Positions 29,495 through 38,769 of a stretch of DNA of 64,000 nt are shown piece after piece; position 1 is the first letter of the stretch, and each line of letters opens with the position of its first letter. The DNA is from an uncultured Ruficoccus sp. (GTDB taxonomy: Bacteria; Verrucomicrobiota; Verrucomicrobiia; Opitutales; Cerasicoccaceae). The stretch is taken from contig OZ223511.1 of assembly GCA_965140785.1 (NCBI GenBank), positions 17,680 through 81,679 of the forward strand, in the 5' to 3' direction. Made by a program: the position numbers and the translations under genes. The notes under the pieces were generated by a model. It was not told where the DNA came from. It worked only from the letters and a program-made list of their open reading frames with translations, and searched no databases.

Positions 29495-30580
29495 TTATCC
29501 CTTGTCCTTGTCGAAGAGGATATTTTCGCTCTCCATCAGGAATTGCTCGCGGGCCTTGACGAGGGCTGAGGCGCGCCGGACGGCGTCCTCGCGCTGGGCC
29601 AGCGCACTTTCAGCCTTCTTGAGGGTGGCCTCCTTGGCGCTCAAATCGTGCTTGAGGGATTCGATTTTCTGAAGGTCGTTGGAGGACAGGCTCTTGGTTT
29701 GCTGGCGCTGGCTGAGTTCTTCCTGCATCTGCTCAAGTTCAGCCTCCATTTCGGTCAGGCGCTGGCCTTTTTCGAACAGGGATTCCTCGCTCTCGCGCAG
29801 AAACTGTTCGCGCTCCTCCATACTGAGCTGCTTCTGCTCCAGTTCGCTAACTTTGCTTTCCAGTTGCTGGCGCAGCTCGTTCAGGGCTTTTTCGGCCTCG
29901 GGGGTGAGTTCCCCGTCGGTGCGGCGTTCGGTCTGCATTTGCCGGAGGGACTGCATGCGCTTCTTGAGGGTTTCGTCCATCTGCTTGAGGGCCTCTTCGC
30001 GCAGTTCGAGGTCCTGCTGCCGCTTGAGCAGGGAGCGCTGGGAGTCTTTCTGCTGCTCAATATCCCGTTCGCGCTGCCGGAGTTGTTCTTCCAGGCTCTG
30101 GGCTTTCTGGCTGACAGCGGAGAGGTCCTTTTCCCGGGCCTGGAGCTCCTGACGGAGGCGCTCCACCTCCCGCCGCGAGGCCGGGCTGCCTCCCTGCTCC
30201 TCGAGGAGTTTGCGCCGGTGGCGCAGGGCCCGGTCCATGGTCCGGGCGAGGGCGTCCTCGTCGTAGGGCTTTTCCACGTAGTCATAGGCGCCCGCCCGCA
30301 GGGACTTGATCGCATACTCCTTCGAATCGAAGGCCGTGGTCATGATGACGACGACATTCTCGTCCACCTCGCGCAGGGCGCCCAGCAGTTCCACCCCGTC
30401 CATGCCCGGCATGTCGATGTCGGTGAAAACCACGTCGATCCCGCCCTGCTGATAGAGGTGGAGGGCTTCCTTGCCCCGCATGGCATGCACGACGTCGTAC
30501 CCGGCGTCGCCGAAAACGATGTCCAGCATATCGTGGACACCTTTGATGTCGTCAACTACGAGTACAGCAGGCCTGGGCAT
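29495..30580 (-). CDS. Response regulator: receiver domain plus a ~230-aa coiled coil
   Basis: LVVDD, FTDIDMPGMDG and YVEKP motifs; C-terminus is E/Q/K/R/L heptad-rich with no HTH or enzymatic domain. Confidence 0.85.
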   Translation of the reverse strand: MPRPAVLVVDDIKGVHDMLDIVFGDAGYDVVHAMRGKEALHLYQQGGIDVVFTDIDMPGMDGVELLGALREVDENVVVIMTTAFDSKEYAIKSLRAGAYDYVEKPYDEDALARTMDRALRHRRKLLEEQGGSPASRREVERLRQELQAREKDLSAVSQKAQSLEEQLRQRERDIEQQKDSQRSLLKRQQDLELREEALKQMDETLKKRMQSLRQMQTERRTDGELTPEAEKALNELRQQLESKVSELEQKQLSMEEREQFLRESEESLFEKGQRLTEMEAELEQMQEELSQRQQTKSLSSNDLQKIESLKHDLSAKEATLKKAESALAQREDAVRRASALVKAREQFLMESENILFDKDKG

Positions 30581-30678
30581 GGGACTTACCCGTTAACACA
30601 TCACTTGATGTGTTTAAGTGCAACACCCATAGAGACTTAGTTGTGAAACTCAGCCTGAGGGCGGGTCTCCCTGGGGGA

Positions 30679-31026
30679 TTAACCCTCCTTAAACGAATAA
30701 GGTTCCGGGGCAATCTCGCGGGCGGGATTGAGCCGGTTGGCGTGGATTTCGACCTCGATCAAGACGTCCGGCTGGTCGTCCTTGCGGCCGCGGAAGGTCA
30801 TGGCGCCCAGCCACGGGTTGCGGGTGCGGGTAAAGGCGAAGCCCTTACCCTCCAGGTCCCGGCCCAGTTTGGCGGGGTCGCCGCCCATGGGCAGCCTCAG
30901 CATGAGGTGCCCATGAGCGCCCTTTTCGTCGGCAAACTGGCATTCGACATCCGGAAAGTACTTCTGCACGGTGACGAGCAGTTTGGCGGCTTTCTCCAGG
31001 CGGTGGCGCAGGTTGCGGGGTTTCAT
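30679..31026 (-). CDS. Hypothetical protein (115 aa) immediately downstream of rng
   Basis: AAGGA RBS, 13-nt gap after the rng stop, normal codon usage. Confidence 0.7.
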   Translation of the reverse strand: MKPRNLRHRLEKAAKLLVTVQKYFPDVECQFADEKGAHGHLMLRLPMGGDPAKLGRDLEGKGFAFTRTRNPWLGAMTFRGRKDDQPDVLIEVEIHANRLNPAREIAPEPYSFKEG

Positions 31027-31039
31027 CTTTAAATCCTTT

Positions 31040-32779
31040 CTATCTCAGTTCCTGTCCGTTGACCGGGTCCACGATGCGGAAGTTCTCCACGTGGTAGCTG
31101 TAGTCGGACTTGAAGGAAAGGCTCACGTTATAGGCCTGCTCGATGTCGATCAAGTGTTCCTCGTCCTCGTGGCGGAGGCGGTCGAGGTTGGTCGGGTGGA
31201 GCAGGATGGCGATCTCGATCGTCTCACCGCGCTTGTGGGTGGTGTTGCGCAGGTGGCGGATGACGCTGACGAGCTTGCGCTGGATTTCCACGCTCATGGT
31301 GCGGGCGCTCTTGACGATGCCGCGGGCGGTGCAGTACGGGCAGCCGGTGTAGATGCCGCTGGCGTGGCTCTCGGCGTGGCGCTGGCGGGTCATCTGCATG
31401 ATGCCGAGCTGGCTGATGGGCAGCACGTGGCTCTTGGCCTTGTCCTTGGACATCTCCTTGCGCATGCGGTCAAACACGGCCTTGCGGTCGCGCTTGTTCT
31501 TCATGTCGATGAAGTCCAGGATGATGAGGCCGCCGATATTGCGCAGGCGGATCTGGCGGGCCGCCTCGGAGGCGGCCTCCAGGTTGGCGTTGACGATGAA
31601 GTCCTTGCCGCCCTTATCCTTGCCCTTGTGCGAGCCGGTGTTGACGTCGATGGCCACGAGGGCCTCGGTCTCGTCGATGACGATTTCGCCGCCGCTGGTC
31701 AGGGGCACGGTGCGCTGGAAAGTCTGCTCGATCTGGCGCTCGATATTGAAACGCTCAAAGATCGGGATGTCCTCCTTGAAGTGGACGATCTTCTTGCGTG
31801 AGCGGGGGGATACCTCCTCGATGTTATCCAGGATGGCGCTGTGGCGGTCTTCACTGTCCACCAGCACGCGGTCAATGTCCTCAGTGAGGAAGTCGCGCAC
31901 GGTGCGCTCGATGATGTCGGGCTCCTGGTAAAGCAGGGCGGGCTTGCCCTCCTTCATGCCGTCCTCGATCTTCTGCCACTTTTTGAGGAGCATGTGCAGG
32001 TCGCGCACGAAGTAGCGGAGCTTTTTGCCCTCGCCGGCGGTGCGGATGATGATGCCCATGCCCTCGGGGATGGTCAATTTGTTGAGGATCTGCTTGAGGC
32101 GGTCGCGCTCCTGGCGGCTCTCGATCTTACGGGAGATACCGCACTGGCCGGAGAAGGGCATGAGCACGAGGAACCGGCCCGGCAGGGCGAGGTTCGTGGT
32201 GGTGCGGGGGCCCTTGGTGCCGATCTGGGCCTTGGTGATCTGCACCACGATGTTAGTGCCGATCGGGTAAAGCTTGGGGATGTCCTTGAGGGTGGGCTTC
32301 TGGTTGCGGCGCTTTTTCTGCTCGGCCGTCTCGTTCATGCGGACGATTTCGGTCGCCTTGTCGTCGTTAGCGGCGGGCAGGATGTCCCAGTAGTGTAGGA
32401 AGGCGTTCTTGGGCTGGCCGATGTCCACGAAGGCGGCCTTGAGGCCGGGCTCCAGGTTCTGGATTTTCCCGGCGAAGACGGCGCCGACCATTCGCTTGTC
32501 CCCGGAACGCTCGACCTCGAACTTTTCCAGCACGCCATCGACGAGGAGGGCGACGCGGGTTTCCAGTGGCTCGGCGTTGATGATCAGCTCGCGGTAGGGC
32601 TGTTCTTTCTGGCCGGAGAGGACGCGGGCGATCTTCTGGAGGACGGGGCGCTTCTTAGCGCGTTGGGAAGATTCTTTCTTCAGCTGGTCGCGGGGAATAG
32701 ATTCGATGATTTCTTCCTTGGGGGGCGAGCGCAGCTCGTTATCAAGACTGTTTTTTTCGGTGGGTGATGAACTTTTCAT
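31040..32779 (-). CDS. rng: Ribonuclease E/G family (RNase G-length)
   Basis: S1 domain AAFVDIG, GPRTTT, AIDVNTG and [16 protein letters not shown] motifs; CPYC Zn link. Confidence 0.93.
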   Translation of the reverse strand: MKSSSPTEKNSLDNELRSPPKEEIIESIPRDQLKKESSQRAKKRPVLQKIARVLSGQKEQPYRELIINAEPLETRVALLVDGVLEKFEVERSGDKRMVGAVFAGKIQNLEPGLKAAFVDIGQPKNAFLHYWDILPAANDDKATEIVRMNETAEQKKRRNQKPTLKDIPKLYPIGTNIVVQITKAQIGTKGPRTTTNLALPGRFLVLMPFSGQCGISRKIESRQERDRLKQILNKLTIPEGMGIIIRTAGEGKKLRYFVRDLHMLLKKWQKIEDGMKEGKPALLYQEPDIIERTVRDFLTEDIDRVLVDSEDRHSAILDNIEEVSPRSRKKIVHFKEDIPIFERFNIERQIEQTFQRTVPLTSGGEIVIDETEALVAIDVNTGSHKGKDKGGKDFIVNANLEAASEAARQIRLRNIGGLIILDFIDMKNKRDRKAVFDRMRKEMSKDKAKSHVLPISQLGIMQMTRQRHAESHASGIYTGCPYCTARGIVKSARTMSVEIQRKLVSVIRHLRNTTHKRGETIEIAILLHPTNLDRLRHEDEEHLIDIEQAYNVSLSFKSDYSYHVENFRIVDPVNGQELR

Positions 32780-32884
32780 TGGGCGTTTTGCCTGTGGGTT
32801 GGCGGCGGCGCCCTTCGTTAAGCTGGTGTGCGGCCCGCGCGAAATCCGGTCCGGGGCTGCGCAGCGGGTCTGGGGTTGTGCTTC

Positions 32885-34186
32885 TCATGAGAAGTCCTTG
32901 CGGAAGCGATAAACGCTCTGAACAAATCCTTGCAGGACACAACAGCTTAAAACAAAGGAGCCACCATAACTGATGAGCGGCAGAGGCAGGCCTGTGATCG
33001 GCATCAGGCCTATAGTCATGCCGATATTAACGAAGATGTGGACCATGAAAATAATGCTGACGCCGATCGACAGCAACATGCCAAAGCGGTCGCGTGCGAT
33101 ACCCGCGATGCGGATACCGTTGCCGACCAGAATGGCAAAAAGGAGGAGGACAATGACCGAGCCGATGAATCCTGATTCTTCGGCCAGGACGGAGAAAATG
33201 AAGTCGTTGGGAGCGACCGTCGGCGGCAGGTAGCCCAGTTTGGCCTGGGTGCCTTCGCCGAGGCCCTTGCCAGCCAGACCGCCGCTGGAGACGCCGATCA
33301 GAGACTGGTTGAGGTTCCAGGCCACGCCGTTACCCGCCGGGTCAACGACCTGCGGAGCGGCAAAGGCCAGGATGCGGTTGCGCTGGTAATCCTTGAGCGG
33401 GATGATCGAGTGTTCCTCGTAGGCCCCTTTGTCGTCCATGAACGACAGTCCCTCGCGTTCCATAAACTGCTGATAACGATAAACGTCCACACTGATTACC
33501 AGGGTGGCCAACAGAAAAAGCCCGAAAATAGTCAGGAAAAACTTCTCGGACAGCTTGGATACGTAAAGGAGAGCGAAGGCCATGGGTGGGAAGACCAACG
33601 AGGAGCCCAGATCCGGCTCCAGAAAAATTAGAAACACAGGGATGAAAAATGTAAAACCCACTTTTAGCAAGACCTTTATGGATTCTTTGAACGTCCCGAT
33701 TTCGGAGCGAGCGAGCACACTGGCGGCCATCAGCAGGGTACTGATTTTCGCCACCTCGGCCGGTTGGAGCGAGAATGGGCCAAAGTCTAGCCAGCGGGTC
33801 GCCCCAAAGCGCGTCTGCACAAAGGGCAGCTTGAAGGCCGGGATTCTGGGCAGGACCGCATGCACCTCATAGATCAGCGCCTGGATCGAGAGCGGCAGCA
33901 GTAGCAGCACCCCCAGCCAGTAGAAGAGGTGCGCGTTTTCGAGGAAAAACTTGTAGTTGACCAGCGAGATGACGCCGTAGGCGGCGAATCCGACCACCAG
34001 CCACATGATCTGCATCTTCCACGAGCTGCCCCCGCTGTAGCTCTGGGCCGAGTAGATGAAAAAGACCCCGATCGTACCCAGCAGCAGCATGCACACCGGT
34101 GAAATCCAGTCGCTGCGGTGCTCGTCGCTGACCCGGACGAACCGGCGCAGCGGGAGGCGCTTGAGGACTTCGGTGAGAGTGGTCAT
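32885..34186 (-). CDS. rodA: SEDS peptidoglycan polymerase RodA/FtsW
   Basis: GATRWL, QPAEVAK, EPDLGS, NDFIFSVLAEE and GLPLPLISYGGS motifs. Confidence 0.9.
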   Translation of the reverse strand: MTTLTEVLKRLPLRRFVRVSDEHRSDWISPVCMLLLGTIGVFFIYSAQSYSGGSSWKMQIMWLVVGFAAYGVISLVNYKFFLENAHLFYWLGVLLLLPLSIQALIYEVHAVLPRIPAFKLPFVQTRFGATRWLDFGPFSLQPAEVAKISTLLMAASVLARSEIGTFKESIKVLLKVGFTFFIPVFLIFLEPDLGSSLVFPPMAFALLYVSKLSEKFFLTIFGLFLLATLVISVDVYRYQQFMEREGLSFMDDKGAYEEHSIIPLKDYQRNRILAFAAPQVVDPAGNGVAWNLNQSLIGVSSGGLAGKGLGEGTQAKLGYLPPTVAPNDFIFSVLAEESGFIGSVIVLLLFAILVGNGIRIAGIARDRFGMLLSIGVSIIFMVHIFVNIGMTIGLMPITGLPLPLISYGGSFVLSCCVLQGFVQSVYRFRKDFS

Positions 34187-34378
34187 TGGTAAGTTTTTAC
34201 CAGCCCGTGGGCCGCTGAAAAGCTAAAACCACACCAAATCGGCAGCGTGGGCGCGACCGGCAACAGCATTAATAGTACCCGGCGGGCTCCGCTTGTGCCA
34301 GGGTTTTTTGTTACCGGGTGGGGTGGGAGGGCGATGCTATGTCGCCCTAACGCTACCTAACTGAGCGTCCGTTCCCCG

Positions 34379-34407
34379 TTGACAGGGCGGGGAATTTGAC
34401 CTTGAAT
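34379..34407 (+). promoter_or_regulatory. Putative sigma70 promoter of rny
   Basis: TTGACA-17 nt-TTGAAT, ending 35 nt before the ATG. Confidence 0.4.
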
Positions 34408-34442
34408 TATCTTTTTCTTACTTCGGGGTTAGCGCTGAGATT

Positions 34443-35972
34443 ATGTTCTCTTGGGAGGTTTTTATCGCTCTGTTTATCGGGGCACTTATCGCTATGGCGT
34501 TCGACTGGATCGTCGCCAAACGGTGGCTGGGCGGAGTACGCGAAAAAGCGAGCGACATCATTGAGCACGCCCGCAAGGAAGCCGAGCTGAGCGCCCGCGA
34601 AATCCGCAACAACGCCCATCTGCAATTCGAAAAGGAACGCGTCGAGCGCGAAGGCGTCCTGCAGGAGCGCCGCCAGAAAATCATGCGTGAGGAGGAGGAC
34701 CTGCAGGAGCGGCGCCGTGAGGTGGACCGCATGCGCCAGCGTCTCAGCCACCAGGAGGCCGAAATTGACAAAATCCGCACCGAGGCGCAGGAGGAGCTGG
34801 CCCGGTACGAGAACATGGCCGATAATTACCAGACTCTGCTCAAGCGCATCGCCGATATTTCCAATGAGGAGGCCAAGGAACTGCTACGCGAGGAGGCCCG
34901 CTCCCAGGCAGCGGGCGAAATCCGCCAGATCAAACATGAGATGATCCTCCGCAACGAGGAAGCCGCTCGCGAGGAAGGGCAGCGCATCCTCGTCGATGTC
35001 ATGCAGCGTCTGACCAGCACGCCTTCGCACGAGCTAAGCGCCACCATCGTGGAGATCCCCAACGAGGAGATGAAGGGCCGGATCATTGGCCGGGAAGGGC
35101 GCAATATCAAATCTTTCGAGCGCGCCACCGGCGTTACCCTGATGATCGACGAGACCCCCGGCTCGATCCTGGTTTCGTCCTTTGACCCGGTGCGGCGCGA
35201 AGTCGCCCGCCTCGCCCTGGAGCACCTGATTCGCGACGGGCGCATCCACCCCGTTTCCATCGAGGAAACGGTCGAGCGGGTCGAGCACGAGATGGCCGAC
35301 CACGTGATCCAGTTGGGCGAGGAAGCCCTGGTCAAGCTCCGCATGGGCGGCGTCCACCCCGAGATCGTTCGCCTCGTCGGTAAGCTCAACTACCGCCTTT
35401 CCAACAACCAGAACACACTGGAACACTCGATCGAGGTCGCCTTCCTCTGTTCGCTGCTGGCCTCCGAGTTGGGGCTCGACCCGGACATCGCCAAGCGCTG
35501 CGGCCTTTTTCACGACATTGGCAAGGCCATCGACCACGAGTACGAGGGCAGCCACGCCAGCTCGGCCTCGCGGCTGCTCCAGCGTCATGGCGAGGACGCC
35601 GTCGTTGTCAATGCAGTGGCCTGCTCCCATGGCGAGGTCGATGCGACCAGCGTTTATGCCGGACTGCTCCAGGTCGCCGATTCCATTTCAGCCACCCGCC
35701 CGGGCGTGCGGACCGATTCCATGGACGGCTATGTCCAGCGGGTAAAAAGTTTAGAGGACATCGCCCTGTCTTTCGACGGCGTGGCCGAGGCCTACGCGGT
35801 GCAGGCAGGCCGGGAAATCCGCGTCGTCGTCTGCCCCGACCAGGTGGACGATGTGGCCGCCCGCTCGTTAGTGCGGAAGATCCGCCAGCAGATCGAGGAC
35901 GATTTGCAGTATCCCGGCTCGATCAAGATCACCCTGATCCGCGAGCAGCGATTCTCGGATACGGCCAAATAG
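34443..35972 (+). CDS. rny: Ribonuclease Y
   Basis: N-terminal TM, coiled coil, KH domain (MKGRIIGREGRNI), HD domain (FHDIGK), AVQAGREIRV. Confidence 0.95.
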   Translation: MFSWEVFIALFIGALIAMAFDWIVAKRWLGGVREKASDIIEHARKEAELSAREIRNNAHLQFEKERVEREGVLQERRQKIMREEEDLQERRREVDRMRQRLSHQEAEIDKIRTEAQEELARYENMADNYQTLLKRIADISNEEAKELLREEARSQAAGEIRQIKHEMILRNEEAAREEGQRILVDVMQRLTSTPSHELSATIVEIPNEEMKGRIIGREGRNIKSFERATGVTLMIDETPGSILVSSFDPVRREVARLALEHLIRDGRIHPVSIEETVERVEHEMADHVIQLGEEALVKLRMGGVHPEIVRLVGKLNYRLSNNQNTLEHSIEVAFLCSLLASELGLDPDIAKRCGLFHDIGKAIDHEYEGSHASSASRLLQRHGEDAVVVNAVACSHGEVDATSVYAGLLQVADSISATRPGVRTDSMDGYVQRVKSLEDIALSFDGVAEAYAVQAGREIRVVVCPDQVDDVAARSLVRKIRQQIEDDLQYPGSIKITLIREQRFSDTAK

Positions 35973-36031
35973 AGACAAATGTGCGTCCGCGCTTTGCTTT
36001 TCTTCATAACTCGGCTACACTTGAGCCAGTT

Positions 36032-36748
36032 ATGAAAAATCTCCGCTTCTCAATCTTACTTGCTATCTCAATCTTCGCCGCTACGGCGGCTGCGCGTGCC
36101 GAGGAAAGTGTGGGTGACCTGAACGAACTCCTCGATAGCGCCAAAGGCTGGCTGCTCAACTATCAATCAAATCCTGAAAAGGCCATTCCGGCAGACGTGT
36201 TTGAGAAGGCCGAAGGGATCTTTTTCTGCAAACTGGTCGGTGGCAGCTTTATCATCGGCGCTCAGGGCGGTGAAGGCTTCGGCATGAAAAAGGTGGACGG
36301 CGAATGGACGGCCCCGGCTTTTTATAGTGTCGCTTCCGGCAGCATCGGTGCCCAGGTCGGTGGCGGTGAGACCACCGTGCTGATATTTCTCATGAACGAC
36401 GAGGGGCTGAAAATCCTCAGTAGCGACGAAACCAACTGGGGCGGCACGGCCAAGGCCATTGGCGGCCCCAGCTCTGCCTCGGCTTCGGACAACTGGTCCT
36501 CGGACACGACCGCCAAGCAGAACAGCAAGTACGGCAGCGCGGACGTCTTTTATTATGTGACGGCCTCCGGCTTGGAAGCTTCTGCCGCGTTCAAGGGTAC
36601 CCAGTCCAGCTACGACCAGAAGGCCACCGACTTGTATTACGCCAAGACCGGCCTGACCCGCTCGGCAGTGTTTGGTGGTGCGGTTGATATGCCGCCCAAG
36701 GCCGAGTCCTTTATTAAGGTGCTCGCTGAAAACGCCTCGGGCAACTAG
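36032..36748 (+). CDS. Secreted SYLF/YSC84 lipid-binding domain protein
   Basis: Signal peptide; AIPADVF...GSFIIGAQGGEG...WTAPAF...GSIGAQVG pattern. Confidence 0.8.
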   Translation: MKNLRFSILLAISIFAATAAARAEESVGDLNELLDSAKGWLLNYQSNPEKAIPADVFEKAEGIFFCKLVGGSFIIGAQGGEGFGMKKVDGEWTAPAFYSVASGSIGAQVGGGETTVLIFLMNDEGLKILSSDETNWGGTAKAIGGPSSASASDNWSSDTTAKQNSKYGSADVFYYVTASGLEASAAFKGTQSSYDQKATDLYYAKTGLTRSAVFGGAVDMPPKAESFIKVLAENASGN

Positions 36749-36796
36749 GCAGACCCCTAAGGGTAACGCCTTCCGCATTTAGCGCGTCTTTTTTTC

Positions 36797-36825
36797 ACCG
36801 GGGCCTTGCGAGGCCCCGGTTTTTT
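36797..36825 (+). terminator. Rho-independent terminator
   Basis: ACCGGGGCCT-TGCG-AGGCCCCGGT followed by a T run. Confidence 0.75.
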
Positions 36826-36845
36826 GTATTTGGAGAGTGCAAGTG

Positions 36846-37424
36846 ATGAAGCCACCGCCCGTCATCGAAACCGAACGTCTCGTGCTGCGTCCCTTCTGCC
36901 CCGGGGATGCGGAGGATGTGGCCCGTTATGCCGGCGCGTATGAGGTGGCCGCGACGACCTTGAATATCCCGCACCCTTACACCCTGGCCATGGCCCGGGA
37001 ATGGATCGCCCGCCATGAGCCTGACTACCGCGAGGGCAAAAGCCTCTGCCTGGCGCTGACTTTGAAAGCGGGCTCCGGCGTGATCGGGGCGGTCAGCCTC
37101 GGGCGGGAGCCGGGAGGAACCTCCGCCGAGCTGGGCTACTGGCTGGGTCTTCTGTATTGGAATTGTGGATACATGACGGAGGCCGCCCATGCGCTGGCAG
37201 CGTGGGCCTTCGACCACTGGAGCCTGAGCGAGATTCACAGTCACCACCTGGCACGCAACCCGGCCTCGGGCCGGGTGATGGAAAAGATCGGGATGCGGCG
37301 GCTGGAAGCCCGGGAGGTCACCTGGAAGGACGAACGCCGGGAGCTGGCGGTCTTTTATGTGCTGGGGAGGGATGGATTGTTCACTGACGATGACGGAAAA
37401 CCTTGTCCTTCTCCTGCGTCATGA
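36846..37424 (+). CDS. GNAT acetyltransferase, RimJ/RimL-like
   Basis: IETERLVLRPF, AELGYW...GYMTEA and NPASGRVMEKIGM motifs. Confidence 0.88.
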   Translation: MKPPPVIETERLVLRPFCPGDAEDVARYAGAYEVAATTLNIPHPYTLAMAREWIARHEPDYREGKSLCLALTLKAGSGVIGAVSLGREPGGTSAELGYWLGLLYWNCGYMTEAAHALAAWAFDHWSLSEIHSHHLARNPASGRVMEKIGMRRLEAREVTWKDERRELAVFYVLGRDGLFTDDDGKPCPSPAS

Positions 37425-37440
37425 AATCGTTTGGGATTTA

Positions 37441-37505
37441 ACCACGGATGACACAGATGGCACGGATAAATAGAAGTATCCGTAGCCCATCCGTGAAAGC
37501 CGTGG
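37441..37505. repeat. CACGGAT-type inverted tandem repeat
   Basis: ACCACGGATGACACAGATGGCACGGAT ... ATCCGTAGCCCATCCGTGAAAGCCGTGG. Confidence 0.75.
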
Positions 37506-37559
37506 CACATGGATTTTCTCCGGTTTCTTGAGTGTTGCAGGAGCAAGCCGTTTGCCCTG

Positions 37560-37750
37560 AAAAAGGATGAGGCGGGGCTTTGCGCCCCGCCTTCCATTTA
37601 ACTCCCCTGGTTATTTTTCCCACGTTGGAGGGAAAGGTTCATCGTTGGGCGAACAACTGCGGGAGCAGGGGAATCCACACGCCGCCGTTGGGTCATCCGT
37701 TAAACCCTGTCGCCGGGCACGGGTTGCAGGACCGGAGTTGTTTTCCGGAC
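37560..37750 (-). ncRNA. Candidate structured small RNA or 3' UTR with repeated CCAACG loops, ending in a GCAA-loop terminator-like hairpin
   Basis: Closing stem TCCCCTG/CAGGGGA encloses two hairpins with CCAACG in the loop; third CCAACG nearby; GGCGGGGC-GCAAA-GCCCCGCC followed by a T run. Structure inferred by eye only. Confidence 0.35.
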
Positions 37751-37806
37751 TTTTCTTCAGGACGGCCTGAGCATCGGCCATACGGGCCGGCGGCTTTGCC
37801 GGAGGC

Positions 37807-38511
37807 TCAGTTTGCGTCCGCCGGGGGGCAACTCGTGATCCGTTGGCGGAGCCAGCCGACCATGTCCGAAACCGTGATTTCCTCAATGGCCTCGTCGCTG
37901 GCTATGACGGGGGCCTCCGGGGTGATCTGCGGCGGCGGCGCGGCCAGGACGGTGCGCTGGCCGTCGGGGACCTGCTCGAGGCCGAGGGAGCCGTTGCCGG
38001 TCATGGTCACGCTCCAGCGGCCATCGCTCAGGCGTCGGTAAACAGCCCGGCCAAAGGTGGTCGGCGGAGCGTCGGCGGCCATGGCGTTCCACGGCTCGTC
38101 CAAGACCAGCGCCTGGTCCGGGGGCATGGAGCTGTCGAAGATCCGCCGGATGCCTACGCGGTTGCCCGCCACATAAAAGTCCACGAAGATTTCCTTCGAG
38201 GTGTCGAGCGGGGTGGGAACCTCGGCCAGCTCGCCGTCCCCGCGGCGGTAGCGGACATTGAGGTGGCCGTCCTCGACCTCGAGCTCGGTCACGACGGACT
38301 GGCTCAGGGCACGCTCATACTGGTCGCGCAGCTTGGCATAGTCGGCGGCCAGACCGGTCAGCCGGTCGCGGTAAATATCCTCCGCCATCTGCGCACGGGT
38401 GAGCTTGACCCCGGCTATGCCCGCCGCCCCGACGACGGCCAGCAGCAGCAAGAGCACGATCCACGACCGCACCTCCTGCAGGGCATTCCAAAATCCTTTG
38501 TTGTTACTCAC
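37807..38511 (-). CDS. Hypothetical membrane-anchored protein
   Basis: N-terminal TM helix, short coiled coil, beta-rich C-terminus; GTG start; GC3-biased frame. Confidence 0.7.
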   Translation of the reverse strand: MSNNKGFWNALQEVRSWIVLLLLLAVVGAAGIAGVKLTRAQMAEDIYRDRLTGLAADYAKLRDQYERALSQSVVTELEVEDGHLNVRYRRGDGELAEVPTPLDTSKEIFVDFYVAGNRVGIRRIFDSSMPPDQALVLDEPWNAMAADAPPTTFGRAVYRRLSDGRWSVTMTGNGSLGLEQVPDGQRTVLAAPPPQITPEAPVIASDEAIEEITVSDMVGWLRQRITSCPPADAN

Positions 38512-38769
38512 GCGCGTATCTTATTCATCCATAGACCCCCTGGGGCAAGGATTGTTCAATCTCCTTTTTGGGGCTCCGCGCCCCCAAACCCCGCGGCAGG
38601 CACAGCCTGCACTTTCGGTCCGGCGCCCGGGCTTCGCCCAAGCCCTGGACCGACTTTGACGTCTGTTCTGACACAGATTAGCCAAGATAACAGGTGCGGC
38701 TTACGGCTATTATAATAAAGCCGGACTCTGCCGTGGGTGTGGGCTGCATGAGCCGCAAAAAAGAATCTG

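Noticed and set aside
34187..34442. 6S RNA upstream of rny
   Set aside because: Only short local hairpins; no long rod with a central bubble could be traced.
37569..37593. GGGGCGCAAAGCC as part of a c-di-GMP-I riboswitch
   Set aside because: No upstream GGCAAAC/GAAA P2 stem; it forms a simple terminator-like hairpin.
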